NCBI GenBank assembly: GCA_032718475.1
Contig: JAUCBJ010008720.1
Location: 18,504 to 82,503 of the forward strand
Length of the DNA stretch: 64,000 bases
Direction of reading: 5' to 3'
DNA from: Nemertoderma westbladi
Lineage: Eukaryota > Animalia > Xenacoelomorpha
Of the stretch, positions 12,601 through 26,600 are shown piece by piece. The notes below the pieces were generated by a model. That model was not told where the DNA came from. It did no database searches and worked only from the letters and a program-made list of their open reading frames with translations. Position 1 is the first letter of the stretch. Each line of letters begins with the position of its first letter. Both the position numbers and the translations under genes were made by a program.

Positions 12601-15600
12601 ATCAGCAATGGCTCTCGGTTCTCGATGGAGCATCTATAGTAGATAGTTGAATTTCTCGTTGGGAGTAAAAGTGCTGTTGGTTAGTTGTTTGTCGACATAG
12701 GTTTTAAACGTCCTCCAATGTTTATGGTTGCCCATAAACTTCTGGGGTTGTTGCGTCGGCAATCCTTGCCTAGCGGCAAACTTACCTATGTCTCTAAGAG
12801 TGGCGTCATTCCGGGTTAATAAGTTGTTTAGTTCTGCAGGATTGTTAAGTCTGGTCCTTTCCCGGGGATTCATACTTACCTGCTCCGCGTTGGTCCTTCT
12901 TTCCTTCCGGTTTTGGGACTTCTGACGTCTCAATTCTTCCTCTTCATCGCTCGAGTCTGTGTCGGTTCTCGGCGCTCGCGTTGGTTTATGCGCCGAGGCC
13001 CTGACCCAGGCCTCTTGTATAAATCTTTCCGCCGAATGTTCGAAATTGGGATTGTGAATCGTAGGGACGGGCATTCTTACCTGAGGTCTTTGTGGTATTG
13101 TTGCCTCCGATATGCGTACTCGTTGGCCAGGTTGAACTCTATCTAGTTCTGGCCTGCTAGGATTCTAGACTTCTTACCTGGGCTGCTTCCTTGACTGTAA
13201 GTTAATAAGCATGTCCATTATAGGTTGGATGTGCGGTGATGTAGTTTGCGCTAGACTGGCGCTTAACTCCTCCCTCGTAATAAATTCCTGGCTGGGGTTC
13301 CGTTGAGCCGCCGGCTCTATTTGGGTAATCCGCTGTCTCTCATATGATCCTTCTTCCGGTTTAACCCGGAAGTTCTCCGTCGAACTGGGTCGGCGATTCA
13401 TCCACGTATTCCAAACCCACAGGTTTGATTCGCCCAATACTCATCCTCTAGGAGTTTCTTCTATAAACTCCTCTTCGTCCCAATAATAGTTTCATAGCGG
13501 CGCACCCCCTCCTGATGGCGTGAATGCTGCGCGATTGGTGAAGCATTAATTCCAACTGGCGTGCGATATGCAGAAAATTGTTTAGCGATCCGAGTACTCA
13601 TAATAGTTGGACCGGGTATAGGAATTCTGGTCGCCGTTGATTCACGTATAGCCGGAGTTCTGCCTCCTGTTCGGCCTTCTGCTGTGCGAACAGGTCTCGC
13701 AACTCGGTACCTACACTCGCCCCACATTCTTCGATCATTCGCATCCCATTTTCGGCAATTTCATTCGCCCTTCTTATTGTCCTTCGCTTTCTAAGTTTAG
13801 TCTTGCACTCTCTAATTGCACCAGTTCATGTTGTTCTTCTTCCCTTGCGAGTCTCGCTGCGCTTTCTTCTTCTAGTCGTGCCTTTTCTTCGTATAATGCG
13901 CGTCGCTCTTTCTCGACCTCGAGTTCGCATTCCTTGCGCTCGCGTTCGAGTTGGAGTTCGCGTTTCTTCTGTTCGCGTTCCTTCCGTTCGCGTTAGCGCT
14001 CAAGTTGGAGTTCGTGTTCTTCCTGTTCGCGTTAGGCTTGCTCACACTTACTTATGTCCTCCAACTCGCACAGCTTTGCATCTAACTTCCGGTTGCGCTC
14101 CCTTTCTCGTTTGGCTTCCTTCTGTGCCTCCACAGCGCACAAGACCTCTGCCTGTTGTTCATCTAGTTGTCGTCTTCTATCCTCTGCCGAGTTGTGAGAG
14201 ACTAGGGATCTGGCACATATAGCCTTTCCTCGCGCGTGACTAACCTGAGAGTCTCCACTGTTTCTGGATGCGTCCTCTGTTCCTCTGACATCCTCTGTTG
14301 GATATTCTCCATCGTCGGTAACACCTGACCCGGTACTACTACTCCACTCTGCATCAACCAATTGGTGACTTCCCTCTGGTACCTTCGTTCCTCTTTGTCT
14401 TGAGTCTCTTCCCACTCCACTAAGTTCCTTAGCTCCGCGTCACTTACCTGAGTCGCCTGCGCTTGCGACGCCCATAGCAACCAGTTTTCTGTCCTAACTC
14501 GTCGGAATCGCTCCGATAACATGCGGTGCTCCAACAAGGTTGCTAAAGACTTGTTGTAAACCTTCGTCGCTACGTCACTCAACTGAGACTCCACTGCTCT
14601 CTTTGCTAGGACTGCAAGCTCCTTGGTCTGCCTAAATAATGCTGAGTTATATCCCTTTCTGAGTTCTACTAACACTTCCCTTCCGATGTTACCGGAGTCG
14701 GCTAGCATCTTCCTTACCTTGTCCGTTGTCCGGGTTATATGTCCGGCATGTGCGCGAAGTTTCTTTTTTATCGCGATGTCCAGTTCTCTCTCGCTTACCT
14801 GGCTCACACTCGGACTTGAGGGATTATTACGGGAACTATGGGTACTCCTTACAGCCGCTGGGACCACGGCACTTACCATACCCACAGGTCTGGAAACCAG
14901 GCTCCAGGCTCTCGCTCCTACTAAACTACCTTCCCTCTCACTCACCTCTGGCCGGGCTGCTGTGCAATCCTTCCTTACAGTAGCGGTAGGTGATCTTAAT
15001 AATATTACCTCACCTTGCTCTTCCTCACTGGTCACTGTCTCGTCCTCCTGTTCACTTACGTCAGCGTCACTCGCTGCGTCGTCATAGTCGGCATTGTCAT
15101 CAACAGTTATGTCAACATTGTTATCAGTCGGCGGTCCGGCCGCCGTCTCATAACTGTCATCTAGTGCCTCCCTCTCTGAGACACTCATTGTACAAAGTAT
15201 ATATTTGTTTGCCTTCCGGCTAAAATCTCGCAAAAATTCGAGATATATTAATTTAATCGAAAATACGATTAAATTATTTACCAAATAAATTATTTGGCCT
15301 CAAATGTCAAAATACGAAAAATAAATTTGCAATATAGTATTGTGAATTTAATTGTATATATAGTTATAGTAATTACCGGTATAATATTTAAACGATAATA
15401 TTGCTCTATAGCTATTATACAGCATTTAAATACCGGTATGACACAAAAATATTTTCTGAATCTAATTCAAAAAATTCAAAATGATTTTGTCACCCAAAAT
15501 ATTTCTAACTATATATAGCTCAAATCAACGTAATCTAATTTTTCAATATTATATATATATCCACTAGCGCGTGGCTACCACTTTAGGTTGCGACACTCTC

Positions 15601-15713
15601 TCTCTTTCTCCCAACTGAGCGATCCAAAACACCATGGCCAGCTAAACCTAACTATCCTAACTAATAAATTGAGTTAAGTTTCGCAGTTAAATGACCGATA
15701 ATTTATTACATCT

Positions 15714-17390
15714 TCCACAAATACAATGGTACCAACAGAACAACTAACCTTGTTTGCTGTGAGATTCCACATCCGCGTCCTAGGTTTCAGTCTTGTCGCT
15801 GATTGCAAACCGAACCCATTGGCCCACACAAACCCCAAACTCAGAAGCTCTGTCTCGCCATGTATCTCCAGATGGTATAAAATAACTAAGCGGTTATCCA
15901 ACATACCAGTACAAAACTCTAAATTTTATTATATATAAATTTTGGCCAAAACTGAATTCTCACAAACCTAGCTAAAATTTTCAAAAACTTACTAATTTAC
16001 AACAACCCTAATGGCCCAATAAATTGCTGTATTTCTGCGATTAGTGAACAAAACACTCTTTACTGTTGAAAGCAACGGCAAAATAAAAGTGTGTCTTACT
16101 GTTGAACGATACCGCAAACAGCAACTAGGTCTTACTGTTAAGCAGCGCACCAGGCCGTCCGCTAATATTTTACTAGTATTTACTATACAGCTCTGCTAAA
16201 TCGCTTGTTCCTTTCTCTGTTGATCGCTCAACAGAGAGCTAACTGTTCGAATCTATGAACCACGCGGGAATAACCAAAACAATAAACCCGAATCGGCTCC
16301 CTAAGCTACTTATAACGAGTGCGGGTGGTCTGACACTCGGCGTTCACTTATCGCAAAATACTGGAATTCACTGGGTAGAATTGTTGAATGTGAGAACGTT
16401 TAATAATTTACAGAGAACAGATCTATTACTTTATTTTGTCTAAACTTGGCCTTTGGCTGGTTTTAGACCAGCAAACTTACTACTGTATACTGGATGCTGC
16501 TATCAGCCTGTTGCCCTGCTATATTCAAATATCCACCTAGCGTGAATAGTCTACAGTATTCTAAAGCAATTACTTAAACTACTCTCCGCTATGCTGCGTA
16601 CAAATTCTTATTTTATTTTAATACCACTAAATTAATTACAGTCATAAATACGAATTTGTGTACTAATTACTAGATGTTCCAGAATACATACTTCTAATTT
16701 ATTACGTACTGGGTTGTACTAGCAACAGCCTAAATACTGTATTAATTGGACCTAATCAGCAATCAATAAAGCATAAACTACGAAATAGAAATAAATCAAG
16801 GAAACGGCGCCTATCTAAGTAAGCATTCACAATTAAGAATCAGGCACTCTTTAGCAACACAACACAAATAGCGTAACAATAAACTAGTAGTACGGTACTG
16901 CGCTAACTACCAGTCAGCTAGTGCACTAAAACCCGCACATTAGCGTATCAGCATACCAGTATGTCAATTGGTCAGTGTAAGAAACAAAAGACACCCCAGG
17001 CTACATATAGGCTTCCTATCTAAACCCAAGTTCTGCCCCCTAACACTACAAGGTAGAGACAAAATCTGGATCGTCAGCCCCCTAATACTGTACTAGCGGC
17101 TGGTCTCTTGTCCTCACTGACTAGCCCCGACCGCAATGGTGGCCCCCGCCTTGGATCCTATGCACTCCCTTCCGTCGCTTCCCCCCGGTGCGCCCGCCGC
17201 GCCTACCGGTACTTTAGCCCTCCATGCTAGAACAAATAGCTACTGTATTGGCGCATGCTTTCACAAAACAGTCTGACAGTCTAAAGAGAAATCCCGTAGG
17301 ATTATCGCATCTCAATTACATAGAAATCAGGAATTAAATGTAGAAATCATAGTTCGAGATTGTAATTAGAAGTAATCATTATCAAATTAT
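15714..17390 (-). repeat. Non-coding region upstream of BEL-1 gag (long 5' leader or LTR), paralog of 1-1620
   Basis: Colinear similarity to 1-1620. No TG..CA termini or PBS identified. Confidence 0.7.
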
Positions 17391-17404
17391 TATAATATGT
17401 GCGC

Positions 17405-18130
17405 ACATATGTGAGATAGTGAGGACCCGACAGGAGTGCGAAACTGAGAGTGGAAAGGGGTCGAGTAATTGGAGTACTATGATATAATATAAGGATTTGA
17501 GGAGTGATGGAGGGCGCGAATTGCGAAAATGTGGGAGTGAGCCGGGTGGAGGATGAGTCCTATGGGACTAATGAGGTGAGGAGGAAGTGATGGCATTGGA
17601 CAACAGTATCCAAGTTAAAATTGAGTGAGGTTGAGGGGCAATCATCTAAATATAGACGGCACATGCCTTGGTAGAACTTAGCTCACAGGTGTACCAAGGA
17701 TGGGTAGTGAGAACAGACCCAGTGGGACCTGAGTGGAAGACTGGCCCCAGAGAAGATATTTCCACCCCACATCCAATATTAGATTGGATTCCAGCGGAAT
17801 GGAGTGCACTTATTGGTTGATGTTATCTTCTCACCGGGAAGATAGCATGTGTGTTAGCGGATCCATACCACTGCACGCCATCTACCGGGAGAATGGGGAA
17901 TAGGGTGATTTAGGAATCACAACTAGGTATCCAATATAATATTGCATACCGAGGGATATGAGGTGAGGCGATGCGAGCCAGGAGATGGTTAATAACACAT
18001 CTCAGGGAAGAAGCAAGCATAGGGCCGAGAGAACATGGGGTGACAGCAGGGGGGGAAACCCAACCAATGGGAGGCCTGCACTTGGCAGAAATAACGTGTA
18101 TCTATTGGTTAGTCACGACGTATGTAGAAG
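17405..18130 (+). mobile_element. Remnant (3' UTR plus LTR start) of a BEL element related to BEL-2
   Basis: 17540-17850 matches 31245-31553 (gatgagtcc, accaaggatgggtagt, ttagattggattccagcggaat, tcttctcaccgggaa.atagcat). It is followed by tgttagcggat, like the LTR start tgtaagcggat. Confidence 0.75.
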
Positions 18131-18454
18131 TGTGTAATAAGTTTCCATACAATTTACATATATATGTTACATACATATATGTTATATACATACATATGGT
18201 TTTTGACTGTTGTCATTGTCTGTAGTACTTTGATGGGCTGCAATTCACCAACTTGTACTTATATACATATCAGCTATTATTAACAACAATAATGCAATAA
18301 GTATTTTAACTCTGATGTTCTGTTATTTATACCAGCCTACAACCTTTCAACCTCGACAGTGGTGATGCGTGCTATAGGTGTTGTCGTATACTTGTCGTGG
18401 TGACAATGATTTATCCGGTCGGGATCCTCGCCAACTCAGATCCCATCACAAGGA

Positions 18455-18535
18455 AGGATCCATCATGAATGTTGGGCGGATCCATCATGGATGTTGGAAG
18501 GATCCATCATGGATGTTGGACGGATCCATGTTGGG
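18455..18535. repeat. Short ~22-bp tandem repeat (ggatccatcatggatgttgg)
   Basis: About 4 copies visible. Confidence 0.7.
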
Positions 18536-19101
18536 TGTCCTTAATTCTCATAGGTGTTTGTTTGTTTGTACACACAAATTCTGCCACTTAATGTTGATGG
18601 AGGATGAAACTTTGATGATAGGTTCATTTTTGGACCTTGTTGTGTATCCAAGGTTTTGGTTGCTAGAGACCTGTTGGTTGTCTAGCAACAGTGATATTAA
18701 TTCTAGAATGACCGATCATAATCGTAGAATTCACTCAATGAAAATTTTGTTGACACCCCATATAGAGCATCTATTGGACATGCTTTCTGCAAAATTTCGC
18801 ATTATTTCGTTTAGAAATGTAGGAGAAGATACATTTCTTACAAACAGTGTTTTTTAACATACAATATATACTATGCTATATCATCACACTAGCTAGTAAT
18901 TGTATGTATTGTACAGACGGTACTTTGTCCGTGACTTTGTCCAGACGGTACCTTGTACTATGTTTCGTTTTGCGTTTTTCGTTATTAGGCTGCCCTGCAT
19001 AGGCGCGTAATTTATTAGAACAATATTGACAGCAATGGATCCATCCATGCCAGCTCGCTGGCAAGCTTATTCTTTAACATGTGCACGAATATAACCATTA
19101 A

Positions 19102-19398
19102 CCCTATTAAACCCGGTTGGTTTATTAAACCCCCGTGGTTTATTTTGTTATAACTCTGAAGCAAATGTATCTGGGAATCTGAAATTTTATGACTTTTCCT
19201 AAAAGTATATTGTCTTCCTAATGGTGAAAACCGTTTTCAAATATATTGGGAAGTTTTAGAGTTATAGCAACATTTTTTAACCCTATTATTGGCACTATTT
19301 TAGAGACATTATTTGAAAATTACATTTCATGTCAAAATATGATTTGTAACATCTCTATTTTCGATCTCTATCATCGCTTTTTTCGTAAATTGATTGAA
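19102..19398 (+). mobile_element. 5' part of a piggyBac-like MITE (TTAA-CCCTATTAA), interrupted by BEL-2
   Basis: Colinear with 44962-45270. The match stops exactly at the TG of the BEL-2 LTR. Confidence 0.8.
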
Positions 19399-20626
19399 TG
19401 TAAGCGGATTCAATTCCCTACACAACGCAGCGAAAATGGGACCAGTGGCATTTTACCAATATAGTTGGCGATGCGAGATTACCAATAATAATCTCACCTC
19501 ATAACCAACTCGGGGGGGGGGGGCACCCGCCCCAAGCCACAGAGAGAGGTGAGAGGTCAAACCACCTCAGAGGGACAACCCAGCTAAGGAGGCTAGCACC
19601 AGGGGATAACACCTACAGGGAGTGGCGAAGTGACAATTAGTATATAAGCCAATAGCGGGCAGAAAAGCACGTGGGAAGGACAGGAGGGCATCCATTGGGT
19701 ACCAAAGGCCACAGTAGTGTAGAGCTCAAACCAATATGTATCATTCATATAGTTACTCTGATTACTGATTTACCGGTCAGTTGATTATCACATAGTTGCG
19801 GACCGGCATAGTTTTGACCGTCATTTCATATGGTAATTTATATTACTATACTGTTGCTGTCATCATTCTGTATTACAATCTATATTGTTATTTCATATAC
19901 GACTGTGCTATTATCACTGGAGTTATTAATACTGAGAAACAAACTCTATTATTTTCCGCAACGGCCTTCGGCCAAAGATACTAGCCCAGCAGCCCAGCAG
20001 CACGTACAACCTTACCCAGTCGGGATCTGAGAGTCGATCCTGTCACAGTCAAAACTACCAACAGTAAACTGCTGTGACCACAACCCACCACAGAGACCAA
20101 GATGAGTGAACAACACGAGGAAGAAAGAATGCCGCCGCAGACCCCGGACGACACCAACCAAACGATCCGAGAGGCCGCGACAAGACGATACCAGCCCCCC
20201 CACCCCGGATTCGCCAATGAGGGACATTCCGGATACCCAAGCGGATGGCGGCCGACAACGAGGAGGGAAAGTCAATGAGGAGTCGACGCGAGGTGACGAC
20301 GGCGGTCAGAGTACTGAAGTGGCCGGCCAACCACAGGCCGAGGAGGGTGACAAATGGCCCACCGGAATGGTGACAGTCGGGCCAAAGGTACGACGCCGGA
20401 CGAGGAGGGAAGGTAGAGTCAATGAGGAGGAGGACGTCGGGACAAGTCATTACCTGCGACAGGCCTACAACTCTATCAAGAAGATGTTAAAAGAGCCAAG
20501 GAAGGGAGAAAGGTAGACCAGCCTAAACTATATCAGAGGCTAGGTGAGTCTAATAAACACTTTCGTTATTTAGTCCGTTTTGGACAGGGAGAACTGGCGA
20601 GTGAGAGGGCGAGGGGGGTTGCCACA
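19399..20626 (+). repeat. BEL-2 5' LTR (3' end inferred)
   Basis: 19399-20028 is highly similar to 31563-32205. tatataa near 19642, aataaa at 20552, ..gccaca ending at 20626, then the PBS-like tggcgatcc at 20642. The right end cannot be confirmed because the 3' LTR is truncated. Confidence 0.65.
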
Positions 20627-20656
20627 GAACTATTTGAATTGTGGCGATCCGAGGTG

Positions 20657-23600
20657 ATGGAAGCGGACGTAGTGTACGTAGGGCCTTACTTAGTGGATGC
20701 CAGGGGAATTAAATTAGTGGGATGGGCGGACCTGCACGACGGCGATTCTGAGGTTAACCCCGAGGATTCAGTATCGTCGGTTAGTAGGAACCCCAGCAAA
20801 CGTGGGGAAATTAGTAGGACAGAGAGGCGGCGGGAATCCGTTGCAACCGATAAGTCCGCTACATCCTCCACGAAAGCAAGACGGGTGTTGGAGATAGATC
20901 TGGCGTATCAACTAGACATTGTTGCGCTGGATCAAAAGGAACTGGAAAGGCAGTTGGATGAGGGAACTGCGTTACTAGAGAGGGAGAGAGAATTGGCGAG
21001 AGAGTGTAAAGAGAGGGCCGAGAGGGTGGTGAGAAACTATAGAGAGCGGGAGGAGAGAGAGATAAACGAGCGCAAAGAGCGGGAGGAGAGAGATAAATGA
21101 GTGTAGAGAGCGGGAGGCGAGGGAGGCAGAATTAGCCAACCAGAGTATGAGGGAGGATAGAGAGAGAGAGAGAGAGAGTAGGTAAACGGTTGCGGGATGA
21201 TATGCATACCCGGCTGAGGGGGTTAATGCAATATCAGGCGAAGCAAAAGCGCCGGTTAGAACTGGCAAAAATGGGTTTATCGGAGAGCGAGGCTGGTTCG
21301 GGTAGTATTTACGAGGAACCAGAGGTGATGGAAACCTTTGTTAATACCCCACTTACAGGTACCGGATGACAGACCCAGGACTGGTGTGACTGTACGGGCG
21401 GGGGGGGGGGGGGGGGGTAATAATAATAAGGTTTGAGGGAGTTAATATTAATAGTACACTAATAGATAACCCTAATCAAACCTTTCTTGCAGGAAATAAT
21501 ATTTTACCCGGTAACAATAATCCTAATGTTTGTGTGCAAAATAATTTAAAAAATAATATTAATAATACCGAACAAAATAATTTAAATAATTTAAACAACA
21601 ATTTAGGTAATAATAATATAATAAATAACCCCGAAGAAATTAATCAGAGTAATATCATTAATAACGGTATAACAAACCAGGGCGTATTTATTAACGGTGC
21701 GTTTAACACAAACGTAGGGGGAACAAGCGAGCCGGCGAATGAGAGCCTGCAAGGCCATGCAGTTGCGCAGGGGGGAGCGGGGGTGAATAAACCCAGCAAT
21801 GAGAGCCTGCAAGGCCACGCAGTTGCGCAGGGAGGAGCGGGGGTGAATAAACCCAGTGAGGGTAGAGATAATGCGTCGACTAGAGGGGGGTGTAGGGGCG
21901 AGGTAAGAGGTGATGGATGGGGGTGGGGGCTACGGGTACCCTACCACAAGCGATTAGTGGTGAGAAGGGGGGGGGCAGAGAATGTCCCATAAGCGTCGAC
22001 GGGTAATGCGCGCGGCGAGTTAAGTGAGCCATGGCACCCAACGGCGAGCGGGAGGGGGGGGCAGAGAATGTCCCTCAAGCATCGGCGGGTAATGCGCGTG
22101 GTGAGTTAAGTGGACCGCGGCACCCAACAACAAAGGATAGTAGGGGGACTGTGAATATCCCCAGGGCCATCCAACCGGGCGGAGGGAGAGACGTTGGCGC
22201 CGTAAGCGGCGAGCGAGAAAACATCGAGCCCAGTCAGAAGATCGAAGAAGAACAGTGGGGTTTATCCGGGAGGTCGAAGCGAGATCTCATGAGGAGGAAC
22301 ACTGCACTGAAACGAGATGAGGCGAGGAGAAGCGAGGAAGCGTTGCTACGAGCAACCGGAGGGAAAGGACGGACAGCAAACTGTCAGTAGTCGAGATGGA
22401 GACAGACAGCCAGTGGGATCACACTCCGGGAGATTGCTATCGCCCCGGAGAAACACAACCTGGTGAGATATACCACACACCAGGAGAGGGTTACAGAGTG
22501 TACTGGTATGAGGATGAAGACAGAAGAGGGGACTGAAGAGAAACTTCCCGTCGGAACGTAGCTGCTGATCGAGAATATGGTAATCGCAGGGAGGACTTCT
22601 TGGAATACTCGAGAAGATTAAACTTCGGTCCGGAAGGACACAGGCAGATTGCAGGACATACTCTAGGCCTTACTGCACATACTATAGGCCATGCTGGGAG
22701 AGATAGTGTAAGCGATTGGGTAGCGCGGACGATGGAATTAAATCTGGAAGTCGCGGCGTACATACTGGTCGGTAGGCAAGAAGTGGATAGGCCTATACCG
22801 GTACCTGCACACCAGTATAACTATAACATGCAGGGACATAATATTTACCCAGGGGAGGGGGGAGGTATTGCCAATAGCTGCATGGGCCCTAACATGTTAA
22901 CATAACACCGGTGGGTGGGGGACAGGGTGATATTCCCACATTGCAGTATCACCAATACACTCAGCCAAGAACAAAAACCCCAAACCCCTCAGACCCAAAT
23001 AAGTCATGCGACACAGAGATATGGAGGGGACCGTTATCCCGATGATATATCCAACACAAGGAAAGTCGACGGGCCCGATGGGTGAACCGCACCCAACAGC
23101 AAGGGAGTCTGTATCCCAATCATCGAGCGCACTGGAAGTACAGGTGATGGGAATGGCAACACTCATCGACGCGCTGAAGACTAGGATCGAGCTACCGCCA
23201 GTGGAGCCTTTCAAATTCGATGGTAGTAAGCCAGAGGAATACCTGCAATTCCGGCGTATACTAACGAAGAACTTGATGCAGGCGGAGTGCCTTAAATACT
23301 TACAAGTCTACACAGGGGGGCCAGCATACGACATCATGAGGCAGTACCAAGGAGGATTGAAGGAGGATTCACGACTGCATGGCGAGCCCTGGACAGGGAA
23401 TTCGGGCATCCTGCGAAGATCATCCGACAAACCTTAAGGGGAATAACATCAGGCGGACTACAGGATAACCCTGTCAGCATTAAGACCTTCGCGAATAAAG
23501 TCAAAAAGGTGCTGATTGTGTTAAAGACCCTAGATGCACCTTACGAACTCAACGCATCGAATAACATCACTACAATAGTGCAGGTACTACTGATCTGGCT

Positions 23601-26600
23601 GAGGAACAAGTGGAGAAAGATCGCCTTCTCCACCCGGGAGAAGAAAGATGCGGAGCCAGGGCTAGAGGAGATGTCGAACTTCCTTAACTATGAGGCGGAA
23701 TTGTTTACAGACCCAGTCTACAGTGAGGACAGTTTGGAGAGGGCGCCGAAAGCTGAATATAACAGGCCTAAACCCGAACACCATGCGGCGAATGCACTAC
23801 CAAAATTAAGACAGTCACTACCGTATGCGGCAACACAGGAGACTTGTAGTCCACAGACAGCTGGGAGTAGAGCCACACTGTGTCAGGGACAGAGACAAAA
23901 CAACAACACGAACAAATATAATCCCAATACACCCAGTAGGCCGAGTCCAAATAACCAAAACACTAAACCAGTAGATATGAATCTATGCGCAATAGCGTGA
24001 AGGTCTATACAAGGAACGCTACAATCCAGGATACAAATGTCAATTGCATAGAGATGGAACCCATAAGACCATGGACTGTAAGCATTGGCAGGCGTTGATT
24101 AAACAAGATCGGGTAGCCTATGCTGGTATAAATGGACTATGTCATTGATGCATGGTAGGAGGACACAGATTCGAAGAGTGCAGAGAGACACCAAGAAAAC
24201 ACGACGAGGTAGATGGAAATAGAGGCCAAACGATGGCGACAAGCACCACGGGAGCGAAGAGAAGGGGAACGGTACTACTTGGGGTGGTACTGGTAGGATA
24301 ATAGGAGAGAGTGGGTGGTCTGTCACAACGTTAATGTTGGTCGACAGCAGAGCAGCGTTCACGCTAGCGGAAAGTTGGGTGGCCGAAGAGATAGGGTTGC
24401 AGACGAGGCCAAGCAAAATGGCGGTAACTACTATCTCGAGTAAGGACAAGTTCTTGAAGATGAGAACGGGACATTGCGAAATATCAGCGATAGCACCAAG
24501 GTGCGATTATGGGGCGACCATCGACCCCATCCAAATAATAGAATCAATTAATATAAACACCAGGAGGCCCACAAGGATCGAGGTTGAGCAATACCGGTTC
24601 CTGGACGATATCGATTTCTCCGTACCTCAACTGGACATCTAGAAGGTATCTCTCATTGTCGGCATGGACTGCCCGATGGCCCACGAGAGACTACGGACCA
24701 TATTTGGAGGGGATAGAGAGCGAGATCCGATGGCGATTCTTACGCCATTCGGATGGACGCTCAGCGGCCCAATAAGACAAGAATTCCGTTTAGCGTGTCG
24801 GAATCCTCAGGGTGCATGTTCGCTGGAACAATGAAGGAAATGGGGGACGAAGGAGCAGAGGAGCAACTCAAGAAGCTGCTGCAGCAGGACTTCGAGGGAT
24901 TGAAGGAGACCGGGGTCGGGACCTCGGTGGAGGACAAGCAGGCGCTGGAGAGCGTGAAGAACTCGGTGAAGTGTGAAGGGGGCGGTGTACCATAGGGATG
25001 GTATGGAAACAACCAATGTTACCGCTACCAGACAATAGAAGGATGGTCCTGACGAGGCTTCAAAAACTGAAGCAGACACTCAGATGGAGCCCCGAGAAGG
25101 ATGAATATATCCACAGGATGATTAAGAAATATGTGGACAAAGGGTGGGCCGTGGAGTTACCGGTGGATGAACCAAACACCGACAGGACCTACTATTTGCC
25201 ACTGCATGTGGCTTTGGACCCTAAAAAGGGTAAACTACGGATGATGGTCGACGCGTTGGCCAAGACTAACGGCAAGAGCTTGAATGACTACCTGCTGGAA
25301 GGCCCCAACATTTACAACTCAGGGATAGAGGTCCTGTTGAGATTCAGAAATGGAAGGCACGCCTTCACGTGCGACCTCGAAGGCATGTTCAACCAAGTCT
25401 GAGTTACAGAGGAAGACAGCGATAGTCAGCACTTCCTGTGGTACAACGGCGGCGAAGAACCATCAGAGATACCGATGTACAAGATGGTAGTGCAGAACAT
25501 GGGGGTCAAATCGTCCTCGTTCACAACGACTACGGCTATGAGAGACATGGTGGAGGATAAGGAAGGAGAATACAGTGGGAAGGCGATCGACATGATTCGA
25601 CGCGGATTCTATGTGGACGATGGGATGGGATCTGGAAACACGGTTGAAGAAATACTCGAGATAGGGCACGAAGTTTGCGATATCCTAAAAGGATCCGGGT
25701 TCAACCTTACAAAATTCCAGTCCAACTCCAAGGAATTCATGAAGGCCATATAGGATAAACGACCAGAGACAACGATGGACAACCCCACAACGGCAAAGGG
25801 ACAGATTATGGCAGACAAGAGGGTGGAGTCACAGCAAAAGGCGCTAGGGATCGTGTGGAACTGGGAGATGGATGAGTTGGAGTATCAACTAGGTCAGGAG
25901 GGTGCCGAAATCCATACCAAATGAGGCTATGTATCGTACATAGCAAGGATATACGATCCCCTAGGCCTGACATCCCCGTTATTAGTCATGGGGAAGCAAA
26001 TTCTGAAGAAAGTGTATAAGTCAAAGGACGATTGGGATGTGGAGGTCCCGGAGGAAATAAGTAGACAGTGGAACCCCCATCTTGAGGAGATGGGGACATA
26101 CAGTATGCCACGCGTGTACTTCCCGGATGGAGACATGACGGATCTGAGTCTGGATATGTTTTCCGATGCATCCTTGGAAGCATACGGAGCGGAACTGTAT
26201 TTGGTACAGCGAAATGGGGCTCATAAGCCCAGGCTTGTGTTTAGTAAAGCGAAGTCGACGCCACCAGATTCAGCATCAGTGCCAAAACTCGAGCAAATGG
26301 CTGCGAGGTTAGGAGTAAGGGCGACAGCATACTTGATGGACACCATACCCAACATAGTGGAAACATACTACTGGACGGATTCCATGGTAGTGTTAGGGTG
26401 GCTACACAACGAGAAGACGTGATACCCTATATTTGTGGCGAACAGGATAAATGAGATAAGGGCAACGACCGATCTGGAAAAGTGGCACTACTGCCCAACC
26501 GACGACAATCCAGCAGATCTGTTATCGAGGGGTGTTGTACACCACACTTTCTCGAGAAAGCAGGATTTGTGGCAGCATGGGCCGCACTTTCTTTACGATA

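Larger units (their letters stand above)
6085..15284 (-). mobile_element. Decayed BEL/Pao LTR retrotransposon 1, gag-pol (stops and frameshifts; LTRs not resolved)
   Basis: Domain order: coiled-coil gag, PQKFMGNHKHW, triple Cys/His knuckles (CQFC..H..C, CWACLALGHVRRQC, CIECGRLHHKLLH), protease MLDTAST, RT (DIEAMFHQV, NFYMDD), RNase H (HLFSDAS), integrase (SDKGTNF, GGSWERLV, FWKYWREYYL). Confidence 0.95.

Noticed and set aside
15674-15904. 76-aa ORF upstream of BEL-1 gag as an accessory gene
   Set aside because: The paralog at 1-188 has a frame-breaking indel and an early stop, so there is no evidence of coding constraint.
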